Part shown: piece by piece, positions 25,698 through 36,600 of the stretch
Layout: each line of letters begins with the position of its first letter
How positions within the stretch are numbered: the stretch's first letter is position 1
NCBI GenBank assembly: GCA_047495785.1
Contig: JBLDXI010000019.1
Location: 2,666,001 to 2,730,000, forward strand
Origin: Lepidodermella squamata
Lineage: Eukaryota; Animalia; Gastrotricha
Length of the DNA: 64,000 bases
Reading direction: 5' to 3'
Program-made: the position numbers and the translations under genes
The notes under the pieces: generated by a model
The model's input: only the letters and a program-made list of their open reading frames with translations
Told to the model about the DNA's origin: nothing
Database searches by the model: none

Positions 25698-26069
25698 GGC
25701 ACCTTCCGTTGTATCAATACCTTGCCCTGAACTTTCCCTCTTTCGTTTTGATTCCTTTTACCTAACCATGGTTGAACCGTTGTGAGTTGTGATTATTGCT
25801 TTCGTTCGAGTTTTTTTTTACGCGAAATAAAGATTTTCTTCAACATGTCCCTCGCACCATGTTCTAATAAAGCACAGCTATTAAAATGCCGCATGTCGGC
25901 ATGTCAAGTTGTTGAATCGCCGGAAACAACCACTTTGTACGCCACCCACATATCCCCTAGCGTAAAAGGTGACAACTGGCATTTTTCTCCGGAATAGAAA
26001 AGCGAGTTCTCTGGCCACGCAGTGCCAAAAAGAAAAAAGTCTAGCTATCAATTTTAGTCATCTTAAAAA

Positions 26070-26638
26070 ATGCGGAAAGTCTTATTTTGTCTCTTCCTCC
26101 TTTCATCATTATTCACCCTAATCTTAAGTGACAAGGCAACGCGATTGATTGGCGCAGTTAATCATAATCTTCGAGCTAAGGGCCTGCCAGCTTTCAAGAA
26201 CAAGCCAGCTCTGATGCGCTTCATCGTGCAGAATGTCGTGTCGAAGGCTGTCGCGAACGGGGGATGTCCAAAAAGCTTCACGCCTGAAATGTGCAACCAG
26301 CCGAATTCTTTTTACATCTGGCTGCGAGAGCTGCGCGAACAGGAGCTTAAAAAAGAAATACAAAACGGTAAGCTTTATCTGAAACGCATGAGATTGTTCA
26401 TAAGTCTTTATAAGCAGAGATTCTCAACGACATGGTAAAATATCAGAGGAATTACGATCAAATAATGGCGGCACAAAACAGTCGAATAACTAAAGGGCAG
26501 CAGAATTTACTAATAACAACGGCCACGGAGACACTGTCTGATGCGTCAACACCTAGCCTGACTACGACAACAGCACGACCTATCGACCTGGATGGAAAAT
26601 TCAACAGCTATCAGAAAGGATTCTTTAAGAGCGGCTAA
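26070..26638 (+). CDS. Secreted family-E protein E3 (172 aa); exons 26070-26367, 26418-26638
   Basis: Signal peptide; GGCPKSFTPEMCNQPNSFYIWLRELREQ; 50-nt phase-1 intron; Thr-rich tail. Confidence 0.85.
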
Positions 26639-26811
26639 ATTAAGCCTTGGACTGGGCGGAAATTATTAAGATTTTTATGTCAATTGAAAAATAAAGCTTG
26701 AGATAATTGAGGAAGCGATGATACGACAAAATTTCCTGATTTCGGACGTAGGTGCACCCTCTTCTTGACTTTGAACGTCTCATCATTTTTTGTTATTTTT
26801 ACGTGTTGAAA

Positions 26812-27336
26812 ATGTTATTTACAGGTTACGTGGGTGTTTTGCTGGCTATTTTTGCCCCGATCTTGTTGCAAGCTAAAAATTTGCCCCTTCTTGTCGACCA
26901 GAATCACAAAGTTCTGCTGCGCGGAGCTGATGGGCAGTTGTTTTTAGGTGAGCCTGTTATGGCCCCGATTGAAAGGGTGAAAGCTCCTCGTACGAAACCC
27001 ATCGCCGCCCCACCAACCAGGGGCTCAATCATAGAGGAGAACTGCGAGAAATACTTTCCGGCTGAAATGTGCGGAAAACCCAAAGATGTAGGCTCATTCG
27101 CATATTCTGACTTAATTTTTTTTAAATATTTTGCCATACAGTTTATTCAATGGCTGGAGCAGCAAAGCGAGAGGAAATTGGAGAGCAAACTCAAAGGTAT
27201 GCTCAATTTGAATTGAACCTCTGAAACTCATATTTTTTATTGGATTTCAGATGCGAGGGCCGACCTGGATAAAGCTGTGTTTAACTTTGTCGATCTCGCC
27301 ACTGAATACCAAAGCAAAAAGCCAGGAAGTGGTTGA
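26812..27336 (+). CDS. Secreted family-E protein E4 (138 aa); exons 26812-27087, 27142-27196, 27251-27336
   Basis: Signal peptide; CEKYFPAEMCGKPKD|FIQWLEQQSE; both intron positions and phases match E1. Confidence 0.8.
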
Positions 27337-27418
27337 TGGTACTGCAAACGAAGTTCCTATCAGTGACGCAGTTCGATTGATGTCTCTGTGCAAATTAGAA
27401 CACATTGAATAAAAAATT

Positions 27419-28656
27419 ATGTTCCGATTAATAATTTTGTTGCCTGTTGTGAGTTTATCGAACGGTAGGCTACTTAAGCCGTTCGAGGTTGAATCTGCGT
27501 TCTACGCCACATGCCCTGAGGCTAATTCGAAGAACCTAGCTGTTCAAGCAGCTTATCTCGACTCTAAGATCAACGTGTCGGCTAATATGTATTTATTTCG
27601 ATTTATTGAAATCAATGATTTGGAGCAACGGCTGTCGATCTACGTTGAATTCGATGTTTCATGGACCTTTCCGTGCAATATAACTGCGTTTAAGGATCAC
27701 CTCCACAATAAAAAAATAATCGACAAGGAGATATCGCCTATTGAACCTGACGAGTTCCTCTTCAAAAGACCGAACAAAGAAGTTTGGTACCCAAAGCTGA
27801 CCCATTCGAATGCGTTCGAGGACTCGTACGGATTGATCAAGTAGGAAGTTCAATTTAAGTTTAATTCCACCTAAAATTTACCAACAGGCTAGCAAGTGAT
27901 ATTGGCATTTCCCCATTTTACGGCACTGCCTACTGGAGCGCATCAGGCCGCATAGATTCCGCTTGTTCGGAAATATCCTTCTCCAAGTTCCCATTAGACA
28001 CCCTGGAATGCTCTATTAAACTCATACCAGAGGAGCGTGATATCTTCATTAACTACACTATCGGCGACTACAGCATATATTGGGACACCATGACCGAAAA
28101 AGCAGGGCGCTTCATCGCAGATAATGAGATATGGAAACTGGTCAAACCATTGAAAAGCCCATTTATCAGGAAATACGAATTCAAGGGGGACAGTGTGGGT
28201 GCATTGCTAGAGCTCGATTTCCCCATCAAATTACAGCGGAAATACCATTACTTCGTCTTCAACATCTTCATTCCAACTTATTCGCTTTTCGTTCTCCAAT
28301 TATCAGCATTGATCTTACCACCGAGAATGCCGGATCGGCCTTCGTTCAGCATGACAGTCGTCCTAGCGTCGAGTGTGATTCTATCAATGGTTTTCGATAG
28401 CATACCAAAAACATCAGAGCCAATCTACCTCGTTTACCTCGTCGTAGCTAAAATGCTACTCGGCATTGCAGTGACGATATACACACTGATAACATGTGCC
28501 ATCGCTAAGCAGCCGGCGTGTCAAAACGTCATCCGACTATGGCCGAGCCATGTGAGACTGAGTGCGATCAGATACGCCGACGTGGTCATGGCTGGTGCGC
28601 TCATCTCCGCCTCGCTGGTCTCCGATGGGACTTTTGTGGCTGTCATGGCAGCCTAG
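27419..28656 (+). CDS. Divergent pLGIC subunit L1 (396 aa); exons 27419-27840, 27888-28656
   Basis: Signal peptide, FRFIEINDLEQRL, WYP, Cys-loop CSEISFSKFPLDTLEC, pre-M1 LQRKYHY, four TM helices with DRPSFSMTVVLA M2. Confidence 0.92.
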
Positions 28657-29059
28657 ATTTTTTGCGGGCTACGCATTTAATAAATAAAATAAGCCTTGAC
28701 AACTAAAAATGGGGATTTAACTCTGGGGTACTCAATTTTCAATCTATATATCATTCAAATCAGAAACGTTTCAGCTTTCGATCCGTACCAGGCTCTAGAA
28801 AAGTCAAGAATTCTTCGAAACCACCCCTTTCTCCTTGTCACGTGGAAAATCAATTAATGCCGTGGTCAGCGTGCACGCGTTTTATCAGACTGAGATTGAT
28901 TTTTTGTGTGCCATAATGCTAGTGCTTTATGATTGACTTGAAAACAATGCCGTAAACATGCTCCCCAACATCCGGCGCATTTCACCGCCCACATCCCGCG
29001 TTTCGACTGTTCTTTCATCCTATCCGTTCATTCGGCTAGTTTCTCATAGGAATTTAGCA

Positions 29060-29490
29060 ATGTTACTCAACTTTATCGCATGTTTGAGTTTGCTCATCGT
29101 TTCTATCGAAGCTCAAGATGCTGGCACGAAACTGCAACAGGCTGCTAAGGATTTAGATAAAGCAGCTATCCAGAACGTTTTGCGGCGGCTGATGGATCAG
29201 AAGGATTGTCCAGATGGCATTTCATGTGATCTGAAGACACTAAACTCGGCAGACATGCTTAAGACAAGCGGTAAACCACGTGAGTCCATTTTCCTCAGAA
29301 TTTGATTATGATGTTTGAACATCGAATTATAGGATCCAAGGTGGAATTAGCACATGCGATGAATCGCTACAAAACCTTGAAATCTCGACAGAGACCGTCA
29401 GATTTCGCCGAGCTGGGAACTCATTCTGTTGACAGCGAAGATTTGATGTCACCCTATCAAAGGAATAGAGCAAACGGGTCTCGAGGTTGA
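29060..29490 (+). CDS. Divergent family-E protein E5 (~122-125 aa); exons 29060-29270 (or 29279), 29333-29490
   Basis: Signal peptide; IQNVLRRLM..CPDGISC; phase-1 intron; SKVELAHAMNRYKTLK aligns with E2 TRLELARALGNIYTLQ. Confidence 0.7.
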
Positions 29491-29540
29491 TGGCTCACAA
29501 CGATAATTATCCGACACAGTTACTCATGATTTTAGTTTTA

Positions 29541-30870
29541 TTACAATTCATACTTCATGAACTTTTCACCGCTGTAAATTTTTTGTTTCTTTGTACTATC
29601 TTGCTCTACTGGCTGTTGAGTTGGCGTTTCGCTGTCGTCGCTAGTGATTTCAAATCTCTTCATCAAGCTGTGGGTAAAAATTGATGACTGATTAAAATGA
29701 AAGATGAACGCTGATTTCTCACCTCTCACACGCTGTAATCATTTTAGCGAAGCGTTCTTCCACCTTAAGGTTAGCTAATTGATCAGGATTTTTGTTAAGC
29801 AGTTGATCACAGACTTGATAGACCTGCCCCATTGAGGTATGCGATATGTCTAAGCCTAGAATGCTACTGAAAATGACCGCATCAGAAATTGTGTTCCCGG
29901 CATTGAAAGCCATTCCAAAGGCTTTTGTGAATTCGCCCTCAGCAAGGGCCAGACCCAACTCCTCACGCAATAGCATAAAGTCAGGAGCTCTAAATCAGGA
30001 AGATGTTACATACGAGACTTTCAAACGAATTACTCACGAAAAAGCGTTCCAAATGAAGTCTCTGAATGGCAGTTCTCCGATTTCATTGCGAACAGACGCA
30101 TTATTTACGGCAGCAGTGAGGCAGATCACATAGAAAGCAGTTACGAACAACATGTAACGAGCGGCATGTGTGCGGTAAGGAATTTGCTGTTCATCCAACA
30201 GTCTGGAAAGATTCTTCACTTGACGGCCTTTGTAATTAGCCCAAGATGCTGAAAAAATCGCAGTGTAAAATAGGCCATTCACGTTTCCGGAGTAGATCAA
30301 GATTGGAATCGTGAAAAGAGCTCCGGCTAAGGATGAGGCTAAGCTCAAGCGTTGATGCCCAATGCCACCGACGAACCAAACTCCAAAACCAGTCGCTAAC
30401 GGACTCAAGACTAAAGAATTCAGTCTAATCAGAAAATATTCGGAGAAACTCGTTTTCGAAGCATTCTGCCAGTCATTTGGTAGGGCGAAGAAGGCAGCGC
30501 ATCCTAGGATGAAACCGAAGATCAATTCGACTGTGCATTGCCCTAAGCTGACACTATTCTTCTTCCCCTTTTTCTGCCTCTCTTCGTATCGATCCGCGAA
30601 AGCTTCGTCGAAATTTGACTCGCTGACGTAAGTTTCCATTTGAAACAAGTCATAAATCAGTCCTATGATGAATAACCCGCCGGTACATGCGTAGAGAATT
30701 GCCTGGCTTGTTCGTTTGAGGTAGAGATGGTGCAGGCCGAGGAAACCGCCAACAATGAAAAACATCATAGCTGTATCGTACTTTTTCTCGCCGGGATGTG
30801 CAACATGCTTGCCCTTGACCTCTTCGCCGTTGGCATCGCTCCGCTCCTCCTCAACAGGATTCGGCGCCAT
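29541..30870 (-). CDS. DNAJC22: DNAJC22/wurst-like TM2-domain multipass membrane protein with degenerate C-terminal J-domain (408 aa); exons 30870-30038, 29989-29723, 29667-29541
   Basis: TM2 signature GGFLGLHHLYLKR...TGGLFIIGLIYD, several further TMs, ILGL...NPD...EERF..MITACESL J-like region, ends KYEL. Confidence 0.8.
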
Positions 30871-31005
30871 GAGTAAGAAATATCCGCCTTAAAATAATAC
30901 TCACATTTTCGCATGTGACTGCAACCATTTCTACAAAGCGTTATTGATTAAAGCCGCCTTTAAACGAATGATTTATTTATAAATACCACAAGAATCGACC
31001 ATACA

Positions 31006-32291
31006 TCATCGATTTTCATCGCGCATAAGAGTGAATAAAGTAACATCTGAAATAAAGACGAAAAGAGTGCAAAATACGGCTATGAAGAGATCGGCTATTC
31101 TTGACGGAGATAATTCCACGGCGGCGCATCCTATATTGAAACAAATCTTTCTTCCACCATTTCGCCTGGCTAAAGCAGCAGCGACCGTGTTATATATTGC
31201 TATGAAGACTTCTAATACGAATTTTATCAATAAAATCACGAGAAAATTTGTTGCTCCTGAGAGTTGCGGAATTTCATTGGTGGCGAGACATAGCAGCAAA
31301 AGGCTCATAAATACAGTTGTAGAGCTGAATGTTACCCTGAAATGGATTAAATCGTAATTATCATCGTTTGTACGTCGATTTCATACCGTTCATAATGCTT
31401 TGGAGGCGTGAGCATGGAGCATAGTTGGAGTAGGAAGATGAGGTAGCTCGGCAAAATCAAGGTTAGGACGAAGTAAGTTGCCTTTCGCCTGTACCTCATT
31501 GTCAGCTTCAAATTGGCGTAAGTGCTCATCGGCTCTACTAAGTAATAGACATCGGCTTCAAAGGCCTTCGATCCTTTGGTTTGATTCGTATTGGCATCGG
31601 TATGATCTTCAATAGAGCCATCCAACTCCCAAACGTCTGATTTTTGGATGAAGGTAGCCTTAGCAGATGGATCAATGCCGAAATAGTCGATATTGAAGTC
31701 TAAATGGATTGTATCTTCTTCCGGAGTTAATTCGATCGAGCAAACTAAGCTATCGAACGGAAATCGGTGTAGGGAAGAGGTGTCGCAAATTGTGTCAATT
31801 CGTCTGAAGACTCCGTAGAAAGCAGTTGGAGCTTGGCTTCTTCCATTGAATGGGAAAACTAAAATACGATCATTCAGCCCCGCCGTGATAGGCATAGGAT
31901 CTCGGTAAGCATTTGAATGGACGAGGTAAGGCTGCCAAAGTTGATTTGCTTGGAATTGGAAATGCAAATCCTCCCTCGCCGAACCGTCAAGATTCTCGCA
32001 GATGCTGCTATCAAGAATTTCAGAGTTATTGCCAGCAAAATTTTTACAACTCATCATCTCTGAACAAGGAAACGCCCAGAGGAACGTGAAAAATATCAGA
32101 GTTGATAGGCGATTTTCGATCTCGTTAATTCCCAGAAATCGAAACGCTAGAATTGACGTGTTAACCAGCATTGGCTGCATCTCCTTCAGGAACAAATTTT
32201 CCGTCGGGAGGACAGGTGATAAAACTGATGGGCATGTTTTCAAAAACGTATCCTGAAGCTCCCAAACTGGAGCTCCAATCGATTTATTCAT
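31006..32291 (-). CDS. Divergent pLGIC subunit L2 (411 aa from first ATG, no signal peptide); exons 32291-31387, 31336-31006
   Basis: Cys-loop CDTSSLHRFPFDSLVC, WQP, RYRRK pre-M1, four TMs; 50-nt phase-2 intron in the M2 0' Arg codon as in paralogs. Confidence 0.88.
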
Positions 32292-32294
32292 TTC

Positions 32295-33464
32295 CTATAT
32301 CTTTTCGAAAATGAAGACGAAATAAACGAGATCTAGTATGCAAACAACTAGTACAGCTAATACGGCTATCGCAATATCGCAGTGCCGAATGTTGAAATAG
32401 CACTTATGCCGGAATTTGCGATCAGCAAACGGCACAGCGATCAACATATAAAGAGTCAGTATCACACCAGTAATGTACTTGACAGTCACCATGACAACGA
32501 GATAAACAGTTTCAGAATTGCGAGGAATACTCGCGAAAATCATTGAGAGCAGCACCGAATTCGCTAGAACTGCCGTCATGGCAAACGAAGCTCGGTCAGA
32601 CAAGTTTGGCGGAAGAGCTAAAGACAATAGTTGTAGGGCAAAAGTGCCGTAGGTCGGTAAAATAAGGCTGGCGATGTAGTAGAAATACCGCCTTTTGAAT
32701 CGGAGAGTGACTAGGATGTAGGCATAACCCTTCCCATCAGATTCGCCGATATGTTCCAAGCTAGGCTCCAGGACAGTATAATTATTCCTTACATTTGCAT
32801 CGAGTTCCCAGATATCACTTTTTCCGATGAAGCTATGAACAGATGAGGCGTCGATTTCGCATGTACTTATCCTCATATCAAGACTATTCGTATCTTCGGA
32901 AGCCGAGAAACTCAGCGTGCACGACAAAGAGTCGAAAGGGAAGTGGCGGAAGGAGAATTGAGAACAGCTAGTGTCGATTCTGCGATACAAACTTAGTATG
33001 CCTTTTGGTTCGCTGCTAAACGGGAAGATAATGATTTTCTCGTTGTTTGATGCCTCTAAAGGGCGCGGATTTTGAAATGCGTTCATGTGGTACAGGAAAG
33101 GCTGCCAAACGTCACTGGAACTTGGCATGTAGTAAAAACTCTCCATTTCGGAACTTCTGCTATACATTTCCGGAATTCGCAATTTTTCACAGGGAAAGCT
33201 CCAGTCAAATGTGAAAAGGACAAAAAGAGAGAGTCTTTTTTCCAACTCGTTGATTTCGATCATTTGAAACAATTGGATGGCTATATTTACCATCAGTGGC
33301 TTTGTGAAATTGCTCAGCAACCTGACGTCAGAAGTAAGGCTCGGTGAGCTGACTGAAGGGCAGATATCATTGAAATGCCTTTCGATTTCACTTGAAGGCG
33401 ATAAAACGGCTAATGTCGAGCCTATGGCGGAGAGTAAAATCAGGGAACGCAGGGTGAAAGACAT
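32295..33464 (-). CDS. Divergent pLGIC subunit L3 (389 aa, intronless)
   Basis: Signal peptide MSFTLRSLILLSAIGSTLA; Cys-loop CSQFSFRHFPFDSLSC; M2 DRASFAMTAVLANSVLL; four TMs. Confidence 0.93.
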   Translation of the reverse strand: MSFTLRSLILLSAIGSTLAVLSPSSEIERHFNDICPSVSSPSLTSDVRLLSNFTKPLMVNIAIQLFQMIEINELEKRLSLFVLFTFDWSFPCEKLRIPEMYSRSSEMESFYYMPSSSDVWQPFLYHMNAFQNPRPLEASNNEKIIIFPFSSEPKGILSLYRRIDTSCSQFSFRHFPFDSLSCTLSFSASEDTNSLDMRISTCEIDASSVHSFIGKSDIWELDANVRNNYTVLEPSLEHIGESDGKGYAYILVTLRFKRRYFYYIASLILPTYGTFALQLLSLALPPNLSDRASFAMTAVLANSVLLSMIFASIPRNSETVYLVVMVTVKYITGVILTLYMLIAVPFADRKFRHKCYFNIRHCDIAIAVLAVLVVCILDLVYFVFIFEKI

Positions 33465-33632
33465 TTTCAAGATTAGTTTCTTCCGATTATCGCGGGCTTT
33501 GTTCTCTGGTGGAGTAAATATTTGCGAACAAATCTGCTATGCATCTATTGAAATTTTATTTGCTTAGAAATCATAGACAGAGTAAATTGAAATAGAATGA
33601 CAATATTTTATTACATTCCCACAGCTATTGTA

Positions 33633-36600
33633 TCAGGACGGTCGTAGCATGAGACTGAAAAATATGTAATCTGAAATAATAACAAATAATGAAAGGAAAG
33701 AGCCGATTGCGATGTCGACGATGCGCATCGCCTTCTGGCGTAAGAAGGTGACTGGCTTGTCGCCTCGCGGCCGTAATTGGCTGGCCAGAGATATAGCACA
33801 CAATGTGTAGATGGTGAGAATGATACCAGCTGCGTATTTTATGATGATCATTATTACGAGGTAGACGACTTCTGAGGTGCGTGGGATGCTGGAGAAAACC
33901 ATGGCGAGCAGCACGGAGTTAGCCAACACGGTTGTCATTGCAAAGGATGCCCTGTAACATAACAAAATGTTCATTGAAAGCTGTCAATAACTCAAAACGA
34001 TTTCCAAAATGAAGAATAAAATCAATTTAATTCTTGCATTCAAGTACTGAATCGGGTCTTTTACGGCCAGTTTCCCTTCTTATTTGGATTTTTGGGTTCA
34101 ACTTGATGACCATACTCCTAAATTTCAGAATTTTCCCCGCCTTTGCAGGAGAGAAGCTCCGAGCTCTCAAAATGAAAAGCAGCAAAAAACGCAGGCGTTC
34201 TACAACTTAATTGTGCGTGCGTGCTAATTAAATTGAGGTTAACATGCATATTTCACGTAATTAATTCCCTCGCAATTCTGGCTGGGGCTGCTAACTATTT
34301 TTCAGCTCAGCGAACTCTCTCTTTGTCTAGGGCCGACCCAAACTCTCAACCGCACGCAATTCGTCCTCATTTTGTGATGCGCCCCCAAAGTTTTTGTATT
34401 TAAAGCCGTAAATGCCCGAATCTGAGTCATTTCACTTATCAGCTATTATCAGTTACCGCATAGATCATGCTTCGCTATTTCATTGCTATTGCCACTTTCG
34501 GAGCAGTAGGCATCTGGGCTAGTGTGTGCCCACCAGGTGTACAAGTCGCTAATTGCTTGCGAAACCCATGTGATGATGAGCCTTTCTGTCGTAAGTCGAT
34601 TATTTCTCAAAATAGATGCTATCATCGTTTCGATTTTTCTTATAACTAAAGCTTATGCTACGAGCTGTGTAGCTGACTACTGTGGTGGCTGCTATGCATT
34701 GTACACTTACAAAGGAATTCCCGTGCCCAAGTGCAACAAGTTGGGTCAGTGCCCTGCCGTCAAAGCTGGCAGTGTTGGCAGTTGCGAGAACAAATGCAGC
34801 GCCAATTGGCAGTGCCCGGATGACAAATTGTGCTGCTCGAATGGTTGCGGAACTGAATGTAAGGGAAAAGAAATTTTGAAACTCAATCTTGGATTATTTT
34901 CGTTTTCTTTTCAGGCACAGATCCACAACTTCGCCCCGTAAATTTCGATTGGAGAAAGTGAAGTCGGAGCGGCTATGAAGTCGCGGAAACTTCTCTCGGT
35001 GCATCGAAATGGCGTCCAATGGCCGTTAATTTATAATATTTCTTCAGGATTTAATTGATCTAATTTGAAATTTACGAATAAAAAGCAAAAAGCGAATAGT
35101 TTTGGAAAATGTTAGGTTGTATGTTCTTTAACTGTAATCACTTGTCAGGGTCTCGATTCGGAGGAATTTTAGAATAGAAAATCCTATCATTGGCTCGAAA
35201 TGAGTCAAAAAATGAGAATTCGATAAATTCCAAAGGTTTGTATTTTCCAGATTCGACTTATTTTTCGGCTCTTCCATCTTATGAGAAGAGAAGAATGGAC
35301 CTGACTAAAAGCCAAGATTGAATCCCTCAAGGCTCTAGATCTTGAATCCGGGATCGCGACGTCAACGAAGCGCTGAATCCAGGGGGGACATGAAGCGAAA
35401 TTTCTCTGTTTCTCCGTAAATTTATCAATGACCCGTAAATAACAAAATGTGACTGTCAATGTGACCTAAATATTCAACCCAGATCTTTCCGCTGATTGCA
35501 ATATCGATTGAGTTTCCAGCGATTATGCCCCATGCTTTTAAGCTTGTATTGTATTGAAGCAAATGTAACATACCTATCAGACATTTTCGGCGGCATAGCC
35601 AGGCACGCAACTTGCAGTAGAAACGTTCCGTAAGTCGGCAGCATAACGCTCGCAATGTAATACTGATACTTCCGCTTAAACTTCATCGTCAGCCTGAGGT
35701 AGACGTAGTGAGAATTCGACTCTGAAATGTGATCAACAACCGCCTCAAACGCCTTCGTCCCATTCGTCGCGCCAGTTATATCGCCATCAATGTCCCAGAT
35801 ATCAGTATCGCCGATGAAGTACTTCAGGGCGGACCGATCAACCCCGAAGTAGTCGATGTTAAAGTCCAGATGCAAAGTATTCTCACTAGGAGACATACTG
35901 ATGGTACAGACCAGCTTATCGAACGGGAAATTCCGAAAAGAAAACGTCATGCACATTGTATCGATTCTTCGGTAAAGCCCCATCGACGCAACCGGGGCAT
36001 GGTGGAAGTCGAAAGGATAGATGAAAATTTTGTCCGTCGAAGCTTCGAGCGGCCGTGGGCTCTGAAACGCGTTCATGTGGTACAAATAAGGCTGCCATAA
36101 GGCATTCGCCGGTATTTGGAAGTAAATCTCCTCTCGTATCGATCTGTTCGTCGGCAACATTTTGCAGATGAAATTGTTGATCGATGTCACTCGAGTGTCT
36201 TTCATCTGCTCGCATGAGTGGAGCTGTGGGCACGGCAGCTTCCACATGAAGACGAAAAGCATGAAGGCTGATAGGCGTTTTTCTAAATCGTGGATTTCGA
36301 TGAAGTGGAACAGCATGACTGTTGCGTTCACCATGACCGGTTCTGTGAAGTTGTTGAGGACTAGAGTTTCAGTTGGTACATTGAGCGATAAGGCTTGAGG
36401 GCACCAGTTGAAGAAGGCCTCTTCCATAGTGTCAACCGGGCCCTTTGTCGGTGGGGAGTATTTTCTCTGCATTTGATTCATTAGCAGTTGGTTTGTACTT
36501 GATTTTCTGGACAAAAATAAAACCGTGTCAGAAATTTTTCAAAAAATAAAGCAGCGAGTGATAAAAGATAAAGCGAAAAAACGAAAACTGAATGCCGATA

